This document shows positions 12,305 to 20,583 of a stretch of DNA of 64,000 nucleotides, piece by piece. This stretch comes from Bdellovibrionota bacterium (lineage in GTDB: Bacteria > Bdellovibrionota_C > UBA2361 > JAAYZI01). The notes under the pieces are model-generated. The model ran no database searches. It was not told where the DNA came from and worked only from the letters and a program-made list of their open reading frames with translations. A program made the translations under genes and the position numbers. The stretch covers positions 608,001 through 672,000 of the forward strand of contig JBMNIF010000002.1 in the NCBI GenBank assembly GCA_050950765.1, given 5' to 3'. Numbering within the stretch: the stretch's first letter is position 1; each line of letters opens with the position of its first letter.

Positions 12305-13421
12305 CTAGGTTTCACTTCTTCTATTTTCGCTACTTAATAGATATTCTTCAATAAAAGCATCAAGGTCTCCGTCTAAAACCGCTTCTACTGAAGAGGTTTC
12401 GTAATTAGTGCGTAGGTCTTTTACCATTTTATAGGGGTGTAAGACGTAGCTTCTAATCTGATTGCCGAATTCAATCTTCTTTCTCTCTCCTTTTAGATCC
12501 GCCATCTTCTCTTCACGTTCCTGTTCTTGAAGTTCATAAAGCTTTGCCTTTAAGACCTTCATGGCAAAATCTTTATTCTTATGTTGAGAGCGTTCATTTT
12601 GACAGGAAGCTACTATTCCCGTTGGAAGGTGCGTTATCCTTACAGCAGACTCTGTCTTATTAACGTGTTGACCACCCGCACCTGAAGAACGGTAGGTATC
12701 TATCCTTAGATCCTTTTCATCTATCTCTAATTCTATGTCATCATCGATATCAGGAGTTACCGAAATAGAGGCAAAAGATGTGTGACGACGGGCATTTGAG
12801 TCAAAAGGGGAGATGCGCACCAAGCGGTGCACGCCCTGTTCTGATCTTAAAAAACCGTATGCAAAATCTCCTTTAATGTAGAGGCTGGCGTTTTTGATGC
12901 CCGCTTCCTCACCCGCTCTAAAATCGAGCTCTTCTACGGAAAACCCCTTCCGTTCTGCCCAACGAAGATACATGCGGTAAAGCATTAATGCCCAGTCCTG
13001 CGCTTCAGTCCCGCCGGAGCCACCGTTAACTTCGAGGATGGCGGCTTGAGGATCGTTCGGATTGTTCATCTTGCTTAAAAACTCTTGTCTTTTCAGCTTG
13101 TTAGCAAGGTCGCTAACTATTGAAACAGCTTCATTGAAAAAATCATCATCATTATCTTCTTCATATAAACTAAAAGCTGTGTGCGCTTCTTCCTGTAAAG
13201 AGAGGAGCTCATTAAAGGAGTTTATGCCGTTTTGATAACGAGAACGTTCCTTTAAGATAGCCTTAGCTTGATCGGCATCATTCCAGAAGTTTGGGTCTTG
13301 AGATTGCTCTTCCAGTTCATCTAATCTCTTCTGTTTATTGGGGATGTCAAAGAAACCCCCGTAAAGCTTCTATCTTTTCATCTAAGGAGGTTAATTGATT
13401 TCTAACTTCTGAAGGTTCCAT
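12305..13421 (-). CDS. prfB: Peptide chain release factor 2 with programmed +1 frameshift
   Basis: ATG at 13421 gives MEPSEVRNQLTSLDEKIEALRGFL, then CTT TGA C at 13352-13346 preceded by SD-like GGGGG; the +1 frame continues into the ORF containing the SPF and GGQ motifs. Confidence 0.96.
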
Positions 13422-13477
13422 AACAATTGCCTTATAATAATATAGTATAAAAAGTAAGATCCCTTATAAGGGAGTCT

Positions 13478-14434
13478 TGCCTAAGATATCGATGATTGCA
13501 ACGATATATCTTACTGCCGTTTAAAATATAACCCGTTAAAATATAATTAAGTATAGTAAGTTAGTTATAACATATTGAAATGTCTAATGGGTATCACACG
13601 CTTCCCAAGATACCAATGATTGTGATGATATTTTTGATTGTAATGACAGGCGCAGATCGTTTTTGCGTTCCCCAAGATACCGATGATTGTGATGATACTT
13701 TTACTAACACACTTCCCAAGATACCAATGATTGTGATGATAGGTGTAGACAGGTGCAGGTTATTTTTACGCTTCCCAAGATACCAATGATTGTGATGATA
13801 TTTTTACTTAAGTCCTTGTTATTATTAAAAATATAGTTAAGTATAGTAAGTTAGTTACAACATACTGAAATGTCTAATGGGTATCGCACACTTCCCAAGA
13901 TACCGATAATCGTGATGATACTTTTTACTAATACGCTTCCCAAGATGCCAATGATCACAATGACTTCTTTATTAACACATTCCCCAAGATGCCGATGATT
14001 GCGATGATACTTTTACTAATACGCTTCCCAAGATACCGATGATTGCGATTATTTTTTTACTAACACGCTTTCCAAGATGCTGATGATTGTGATGATATTT
14101 TTACTTAAGTCCTTGTTATTATTAAAAATATAATTAAATATAGTAAGCTAGTTATAACGTACTGAAACGCTTAATAGGTATCACACGCTTCCCAAGATAC
14201 CGATGATTGCGATGATTGTGAGGCAGGGGAGATCGTTTTTATTTTTCCCAAGATACCAATGATTGTGATGATACTTTTACTAATACGCTTCCCAAGATAC
14301 CAATGATCACGATGACTTCTTTATTAACACATTCCCCAAGATACCGATGATAGTGATGACTTCTTTATTAACACATTCCCCAAGATACCAATGATTGCGA
14401 TGATTTTTTTCTTAACCCCCTGTTGTTATTAAAG
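13478..14434. repeat. Hierarchical repeat array: 14 copies (plus 1 degenerate) of a ~30-bp core, basic period 44 bp
   Basis: Core CTTCCCAAGATACC(A/G)ATGATTG(T/C)GATGA; anchors at 13605, 13672, 13716, 13775, 13895, 13940, 13984, 14028, 14072, 14192, 14248, 14292, 14336 and 14380; a recurring ~90-bp AT-rich linker defines ~290-bp super-units. Confidence 0.95.
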
Positions 14435-14519
14435 TGTGTAGTTGTAAAATAATCTGTATCGAGACACCTTAGTTTAATATTAAACTATTTATTTATGAAG
14501 ATATTTTAACGGAAATGAG

Positions 14520-15608
14520 ATGGTCATAAAGCGAATTTTTACTACATTTATTTTTACACTACTACTTTGCACGATATGTAGTGTTCAACTTTTTGCTGAA
14601 GAGCAACCTGCTAAGGTGAGTTATAGTGTGGTGCATAAGTTTGATCCAGATATACCGCCTCAAGGTATCGCCTTTTTTAATGATAAAACTTTACTTGTAG
14701 CGATCTCTCAACACTTTGGCGCTAACAATCGTGTAGGAAAGATCGGTATCGGAAGTTATGATAGCACTCCTTTTCCAAATAAGGAGTGGGGCAGGGCACC
14801 TAAAAGTGCAGGTGGGATCGGATTGTTTAACGTTGCACAGGTGCATATAGTCGATAATATTGCGTGGATCCTTGATCAGGCGGAAAAAGAGGGCGAGCCT
14901 GCTAAAATTTTAGGTTGGGATATCGTAAAGAATCGTTTTTATAGAGTTTTTTATATCTATCCTCCCGTACTGACACCAAAATCTCTTTTACACGATTTTG
15001 TTGTTGATAATTCAAAAAATGTAATTTTTATTACTGATGAGAGTGCAGCTCTTATCGTTCTTAATACTACGACAGGTCACTCCCGACGTGTTTTAGATCA
15101 GGACCGTTCAACTATTTCTCAAGATATTCCGCTAATTATAAACGGTAAAAGTGTGAAGCTAAACGGGAAGCCTTTCTTCGCAGGCGCTGCTCCACTTGCG
15201 CTTGATTTAAAAAAAGAGTGGCTTTACTTCGGAGCTTTTTCCGGACACGACCTATACCGCATTAAGGTTTCAGACCTTATTAACACGGATCTTTCAGGAA
15301 AAGACCTCTCTGCAAGGGTTGCTCATTTTGCAAAACGTCCTATTACGGGCAGCATTGTTTTTACTAAAAAAGGTAACATTGTTTTATCTGACGTAGCTGC
15401 AAGTGGCATCGGGATGATTTCAAAGGATAAGGTCTATAAAGTTTTGTTTAAAGATAACAAGAAGTTACAGTGGATAGAGGGGCTTTTAGAAAAAGATGAT
15501 GGCTTTATTTACGGTGTTTCCACTCAAAGGCAAGGTGCGCCTTCTTTTAATGATGGTGTTAATCGCTCAACTCCACCGTTTTTAATGATTAAATTTAAAG
15601 AAGAATAG
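14520..15608 (+). CDS. Secreted major royal jelly protein/yellow-family beta-propeller
   Basis: Signal peptide; WILD, HDFVVD, FITD, ALIVLNTTTGHSRRVL and WLYFG...LYRI patterns. Confidence 0.7.
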   Translation: MVIKRIFTTFIFTLLLCTICSVQLFAEEQPAKVSYSVVHKFDPDIPPQGIAFFNDKTLLVAISQHFGANNRVGKIGIGSYDSTPFPNKEWGRAPKSAGGIGLFNVAQVHIVDNIAWILDQAEKEGEPAKILGWDIVKNRFYRVFYIYPPVLTPKSLLHDFVVDNSKNVIFITDESAALIVLNTTTGHSRRVLDQDRSTISQDIPLIINGKSVKLNGKPFFAGAAPLALDLKKEWLYFGAFSGHDLYRIKVSDLINTDLSGKDLSARVAHFAKRPITGSIVFTKKGNIVLSDVAASGIGMISKDKVYKVLFKDNKKLQWIEGLLEKDDGFIYGVSTQRQGAPSFNDGVNRSTPPFLMIKFKEE

Positions 15609-15677
15609 GATTTCTATCGATAAGTACCACTTGTAGAGCGGGACTTAATTTTTAGCGGTTTAAAGTAGCGACCTAAA

Positions 15678-15945
15678 GATAGGGAGGAAAAGGGTTTTTT
15701 GCCTGTAACCACTCTTTGTAGCTGTAATGGGTAGTAAGTTATGACATATACTTTAAATTTCAGGGAGGAAAAGGGTTTTTATTTATAACTTTTTCTTTGT
15801 AGCTGTAATGGGTAGTAAGTTATGACATGAACTTGGAATTTCAGGGAGAAAAAAGGTTTTTGTCTGTAACCTTCTCTTTGTAGTTTTAAGGGGTAGTAAG
15901 TTATGACATATACTTTAAATTTCAGGGAGAAAAAAGGTTTTTGTC
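15678..15945. repeat. Tandem repeat, 81-bp unit, ~3.3 copies
   Basis: AGGGAG anchors at 15681, 15762, 15843 and 15924; GGGTAGTAAGTTATGACAT present in each full unit. Confidence 0.9.
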
Positions 15946-16046
15946 GATGATGGCTACTCTTTATAAAGCGTATCTGTGGTAAAATATACTGTCTTAAATG
16001 ATTAGGTTGGGGTAAGTTACTAATTGTTTTTATTGATGATTTTGTT

Positions 16047-17369
16047 ATGTCGCCTCCAGAGATCTTAATTGGGCTTATTATTTTAGGTGGTGGAATTTTT
16101 GCTTTCTTTGCTTATCGCAAATGGGTGAATGATGCCATCTCAAACAGGAGAGCGCGGGAGCAGGAGTATTTTGATAGAATTGCGGAGCAGGCTAGTGCCA
16201 TTCAAAAAAATGCTTCAATTAAACGTAGTAGTGGCGACTTTGAAGATAAGTTTAGTAGTGCGGGTTTTTCTACTTCGGCACCATACGGTGCGCCGTATGG
16301 TGATAGTTCAGAGCCTAAAGGTGCCTTTCAAGAGGGCGTTCCGTTTTCAGAGGAGCGCACTCCTCTCACAGGTGTGATTGAAGATGCACAGTTTTCTCCT
16401 TTAACAACACAAGCCATCTCATCACAAGTTGTAGCAGCGCAGGCGGGAGAAGGGATTTTCTCTGGAATTCGTACCTTACCGTGTGCTTGGGTGACTAATG
16501 CGCCTGAAAATTGGCCGGATGTTGATTTCTCAATGGCTAATCGATCCCTTCGTTGTGTTAATTCCTCTTTTTATAATGCGAAGTTGCTTGATACCTTTAT
16601 ATGTGCTGGTTGTGTAGAAGGTGAGTCTATCCTGACGTTACAGACAAAACTTACTAATTTAGGGGTTTTGGAGATCCCGTTACAAGTTTTTACGGATGGC
16701 GTTTTTAGATCTGTTTTTATCTACCCTGAGGCAGACCTTGAAGATGCCGCTCATTTTAGTGGTGTAAGAGATCTCTTTAAGGAGTTAGGAGAAGTTGAGC
16801 CAGTTTTTTATGCAGGAAAAGTTTTGCCGCCCTCACCTCCCGCTTCGGTTTGTCGTCCTTTAAAGCCACAAGATCTAAGTGTTTATAGGGGAGTTGTGCC
16901 AGCCGGAGATTACGGTATTTGGTGGGATACTTCTCAACAAGATGATAGCGCTATAAATATTTTGCGCGAAACATATACGTTAATGGATCGCATTGAAAGT
17001 TATATTGCCGGACTTCTTGTGTCAGAACTAGGACTTAGTGCCAATCAGGGATCTCGACGGATAGCGTTACCTGAAAAAAATTTTCAAGTTCCGCTTCTTG
17101 CATATCACGGAGCTATCGTTCTGATGACCCTTTCAGCAGCAAAAGGGATTAGGTTTCATTTTAATATGGCGCATACTACACCATTTTATCGAGATTGTTT
17201 TTTAGCTGCCTTTAGAGATTTCATTAAGTTATATCGTAACCAGATTGAAAGAGATAAGGCTCCGCTAGACCATGCTACAAGTAATTCACCTCTAGCGTGG
17301 TGGAGTAGTATGGAAGAGGCCTACCGTGAAGATTCTAAAAATATGGTGATAGGTAAGATATCTCTTTAA
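16047..17369 (+). CDS. Hypothetical membrane-anchored protein
   Basis: 440-aa ORF with one N-terminal TM helix; no family recognised. Confidence 0.75.
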   Translation: MSPPEILIGLIILGGGIFAFFAYRKWVNDAISNRRAREQEYFDRIAEQASAIQKNASIKRSSGDFEDKFSSAGFSTSAPYGAPYGDSSEPKGAFQEGVPFSEERTPLTGVIEDAQFSPLTTQAISSQVVAAQAGEGIFSGIRTLPCAWVTNAPENWPDVDFSMANRSLRCVNSSFYNAKLLDTFICAGCVEGESILTLQTKLTNLGVLEIPLQVFTDGVFRSVFIYPEADLEDAAHFSGVRDLFKELGEVEPVFYAGKVLPPSPPASVCRPLKPQDLSVYRGVVPAGDYGIWWDTSQQDDSAINILRETYTLMDRIESYIAGLLVSELGLSANQGSRRIALPEKNFQVPLLAYHGAIVLMTLSAAKGIRFHFNMAHTTPFYRDCFLAAFRDFIKLYRNQIERDKAPLDHATSNSPLAWWSSMEEAYREDSKNMVIGKISL

Positions 17370-17546
17370 AAACCGCATTTCTTACATATATTTAATATGC
17401 CCGACCTAGCTTTATCAGAAGCAAAGGTACCTCTTCTTACGATTTATTTGCGGATGAGCGTCCGATCGTATATCGGCGGTTCCTTTAAACTTTATGTTTT
17501 AAGGCATCCGTTTTTTACTTTAACTCCCTAACGGGAGTTCCCCTTA
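17265..17546 (+). repeat. 282-bp direct repeat, copy 1 (3' end of upstream gene plus cassette leader)
   Basis: Matches 19853-20134 with 3 substitutions by manual comparison. Confidence 0.95.
17411..17532 (+). ncRNA. Putative structured 5' leader element, cassette 1
   Basis: Conserved in all three units; GCGGATG/CATCCGT stem encloses two hairpins and is followed by T6. Confidence 0.55.
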
Positions 17547-17576
17547 ATTAAGATATATAGAAAGGTGGGCAGGAAA

Positions 17577-17963
17577 ATGCCCCAAGGAGAGAGCGGAAAA
17601 CGATCTGTTATCTTTTGCGCCGAAACTGGCAAAGAGTTGACCCCAGCGCAGTTGCAGATGTGGTATGCACTTACCTTGAAAGCAACTGAAGATTATTGTG
17701 GTGAGGTCATTACCCCTTTTAAAAGGAAAAAGAACGAGCTCGGCGAAACTGAGATTAATTTTGATACTCACATCCTTACCTTCAAGTGGCCCAAAGGGTA
17801 CCCGCCCTCGTCGCTCTATTGGGAGACTGGTGTGGGTGGTCGTTTGACTGTTTTCCTTACCGCCACTAATGATAAGGAGAACCGTTACTGGGAGCTCCGT
17901 TTCTTTGAAGAAACGGAGCGCGAAAGAGAGCTAAAAAACTTCCTCGCAAGTCTTGTCCAATGA
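17577..17963 (+). CDS. Cassette protein 1 (128 aa, unknown family, distant paralogue of cassette proteins 2 and 3)
   Basis: ATG at 17577 after a purine-rich RBS; occupies the same position between conserved flanks as the other two ORFs; the TGA stop is part of the conserved 3' element. Confidence 0.8.
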   Translation: MPQGESGKRSVIFCAETGKELTPAQLQMWYALTLKATEDYCGEVITPFKRKKNELGETEINFDTHILTFKWPKGYPPSSLYWETGVGGRLTVFLTATNDKENRYWELRFFEETERERELKNFLASLVQ

Positions 17964-18161
17964 CTCAAGCTCTGCAAGGTGCCTAAGATCTAAATGAAAG
18001 GGGAGGGGGCGTTCGCCAAAAGTAAAAACGGCTGCTACGGTTGCTTCGGAAGGTTCTTTCGATACTTATCGCGACGCTCACTCTCCTATTCTTAATAGAT
18101 CGATCTAGTATCTTTATCTCGGTGTTTTTATAAAACTAAGAGGGTATTACGTTTAAAAAAT
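17961..18161 (+). ncRNA. Putative structured 3' element, cassette 1
   Basis: ~200 nt conserved in all three units; long G-U-rich closing stem 17999-18012/18074-18087 around three hairpins. Confidence 0.55.
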
Positions 18162-18262
18162 ATCGCTTTAGATTAGCCGCCTACTAAAGTACGGTGCTTT
18201 TACGAGTCATCTTTTTTTCAAACTTGTTTCTCAATTTTTCATAATAATTGCTACGATCCGAT

Positions 18263-18384
18263 TTTATCAGAAGCAAAAGTATCTCTTCTTACGACTTATT
18301 TGCGGATGAGCGTCCGATCGTATATCGGCGGTTCCTTTAAACTTTATGTTTTAAGGCATCCGTTTTTTACTTTAACTCCCTAAC
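18263..18384 (+). ncRNA. Putative structured 5' leader element, cassette 2
   Basis: Near-identical to 17411-17532. Confidence 0.55.
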
Positions 18385-18417
18385 TTCCTTTGTAAGGATA
18401 GAATTTAGGAGCTTGAC

Positions 18418-18780
18418 ATGAGCCTCAAGGCTGGAACCATCCAATTGGATGGCGGCGACCGTGCGAAATCTCTCTGTCAAAACTTTATCAGCAGAGGCGG
18501 GGGGGATTGCAAACAACACACGAGGTCTGACAAAGGAGATGAATTTCATTTCGACGATCGTAAAGTTTGTTACCCCACCGATCGTTGGCCCAGAAAAGTA
18601 GAGTACACGGGCGCAGTGGTTAGTTGGATGATCGAGGAAGATGTTTTGACAATCTTCGTTTTTGTCATCACGGATACCGAAGACATCCCTACTACTGTCA
18701 ACGAAGAAAATTGTCACTGCACGGCGACGTTCAACGATCCAGAAGTCGTGAAAAAGTTCTTGGCAGAGTTTTGCAACTGA
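18418..18780 (+). CDS. Cassette protein 2 (120 aa, unknown family)
   Basis: AGGAG RBS before the ATG; shares Y-x-G-A-x-V-x-W...LT and DPEV..K.L.EFCN with cassette protein 3. Confidence 0.85.
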   Translation: MSLKAGTIQLDGGDRAKSLCQNFISRGGGDCKQHTRSDKGDEFHFDDRKVCYPTDRWPRKVEYTGAVVSWMIEEDVLTIFVFVITDTEDIPTTVNEENCHCTATFNDPEVVKKFLAEFCN

Positions 18781-19083
18781 CTCAAGCTCTGCAAGGTGCT
18801 TAAGGTTCGAATGAAAGGGGAGGGGGCGTACGCCAAAAGTAAAAAACGGCTGCTACGGTTGTTTCGGAAGGTTCTTTCGATACTTATCGCGACGCTCACT
18901 CTCCTATTCTTAATAGATCGATCTAGTATCTTTATTTTGGTGTTTTTATAAAACTAAGAGGGTATTACGTTTAAAAAATCACCTCTTTTTATTAAACTAA
19001 GTTATTAAATAGTTTAAATGCAAGCTTTAAAAAGAGTTTAAAAAGAGAGACTAAACGTTTTAAGAAGATAAAAATAATCGTAA
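18778..19083 (+). repeat. 3' element of cassette 2 (structured part plus AT-rich tail shared with cassette 3)
   Basis: Near-identical to 20581-20886; the first ~200 nt also match 17961-18161. Confidence 0.93.
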
Positions 19084-19093
19084 AAAAGATTAA

Positions 19094-19658
19094 CTAAAAA
19101 GCGCCACCCCCCAACTTTGATCCACCGTTGGATCTGCCGCCATTAAAGGTTCTATTTGAAAAGCTTGAGCTTTGAGTGGGAGTAGTCTCTTTTTGAGTCT
19201 GTTGTTGCGGAGTCCAAGTGTTTTGTAAACGGATCTTTATCTTTGGTGCAGAAGCGTCATATCTGTGATTATTAGTGCGGTCAGCTATCTTCACTCCTTG
19301 ATGCGGATTATAGCCCATGCCACGACTAAGGACATCGATCTTACCGGTACTACTATAACCGTCATTATGTGCGCCATATCTATTAGCTATCTCGTCTTTG
19401 TAAGCGACACTATTTTTTTGACTGTATTTTTCATATAGAGAGGCAGCGTCACCATCATTTACAGTTGAGCCTACACTGTTAAAGTTTGAAGAGTAAGTTT
19501 GATAACACTTTTGTTGATACTCGTCAGCTTCGCGCTGGAACCGTTCTTTCTCTGCTTTTTGAGCTTTCTCTCTTTTTTATCTGTTGAGCCTTTACCTTTC
19601 TTTGAGCTCTTTCAGCATCATAAGTAGCTTGTATTTTTTCCCAAAATTCATCACCCAT
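19094..19658 (-). pseudogene. Frameshifted hypothetical gene (~187 codons if repaired)
   Basis: AAAGGT RBS and ATG at 19658 give MGDEFWEKIQATYDAERAQRKVKAQQIKK; the frame breaks in the A6-(GA)n tract near 19565-19580; the alternative frame (EKAQKAEKERFQREADEYQQKCY...) stays open to the stop at 19094. Confidence 0.65.
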
Positions 19659-19852
19659 AGAATAACCTTTTTAAAAAAGCTCCCCTTCTCTAGTTGACTA
19701 TTAATATAATCGAAGAGATCTCACGATCTGATTCAAGTTAAAATATAAAAAGCTCTCCTGTAAATTTATCCATTAACTGCTAGGGAGTTGGAAAGAGCGC
19801 TAAGCTTGGAGCTAGAAAGAAAAAAGTATATCCTTTAGCTAGAACCTTTTCA

Positions 19853-20134
19853 CTAGACCATGCTACAAGCAATTCACCTCTAGCGTGGTGGAGTAGTATG
19901 GAAGAGGCCTACCGTGAAGATTCTAAAAATATGGTGATAGGTAAGATATCTCTTTAAAAACCGCATTTCTTACATATATTTAATATGCCCGACCTAGCTT
20001 TATCAGAAGCAAAGGTACCTCTTCTTACGATTTATTTGCGGATGAGCGTCCGATCGTATATCGGCGGTTCTTTTAGACTTTATGTTTTAAGGCATCCGTT
20101 TTTTACTTTAACTCCCTAACGGGAGTTCCCCTTA
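19853..20134 (+). repeat. 282-bp direct repeat, copy 2 (includes the 5' leader of cassette 3 at 19999-20120)
   Basis: Matches 17265-17546 at offset 2588. Confidence 0.95.
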
Positions 20135-20163
20135 TAAGGATAGAATTTAGGAGGGCAGATATT

Positions 20164-20583
20164 ATGTCTGCTAATAAATCTGGAGCTAGTGGCGGAAACA
20201 CACCCAGCTACAACCCTGGAGAGATAGAAACCGGTATGATCCATTTCTTTCCGAAGGAACGAGATCGGATGCTTGACATACTCTTCGGCGAAAAAGCGTA
20301 TCTTAACGACTTGCGCGGAAAGAAAGCTGATAAAAACGGTTACTCCGTGTACGCCTCTGTTCGTTGTCCCTTGCGCGAAGAAATGGACTTATACGAAGGC
20401 GCAATGGTTTTTTGGAAGCGTGAGAAGAGTCGTTTGACAGAAATATCCATTTACATCATCAGAGAGGGTGATGATGGAAACACCTTGCAGAACGTTATCG
20501 ATGGTCGAATCGGTGATGATATCACGGTGATAGTCAAGGATCCAGAAGTCGGGGAAAAGCTCTTGGAAGAGTTTTGCAACTGA
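20164..20583 (+). CDS. Cassette protein 3 (139 aa, unknown family)
   Basis: AGGAGG RBS before the ATG; homologous to cassette protein 2. Confidence 0.85.
   Translation: MSANKSGASGGNTPSYNPGEIETGMIHFFPKERDRMLDILFGEKAYLNDLRGKKADKNGYSVYASVRCPLREEMDLYEGAMVFWKREKSRLTEISIYIIREGDDGNTLQNVIDGRIGDDITVIVKDPEVGEKLLEEFCN

Noticed and set aside
11764..12308. Short ORFs containing MFHVEH / VPRGT repeats
   Set aside because: These are translations of the parS palindromes, not genes
12305..13069. Truncated or pseudogenised prfB
   Set aside because: Explained by the canonical CTT TGA C programmed frameshift
13580..13789. 69-aa ORF with repeated LPKIPMIVMI
   Set aside because: Translation by-product of the DNA repeat; the 44-bp period is not a multiple of 3 and the frame is not kept across the array
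13478..14434. CRISPR array
   Set aside because: Repeats are degenerate and non-palindromic, most linkers are only ~14 bp and recur rather than being unique, and there are no cas genes in the window
17450..17516. Hammerhead ribozyme or SAM-I riboswitch in the cassette leader
   Set aside because: It has CGGATGAG rather than CTGATGA and lacks the GAAA core; the upstream TTATCAGAAG only superficially resembles the SAM-I start and the rest of that core is missing
17544..18899. Minus-strand ORFs 17544-17771, 18367-18717 and 18714-18899
   Set aside because: Antisense shadows of the cassette ORFs and flanks; the + strand ORFs have RBSs and mutual homology
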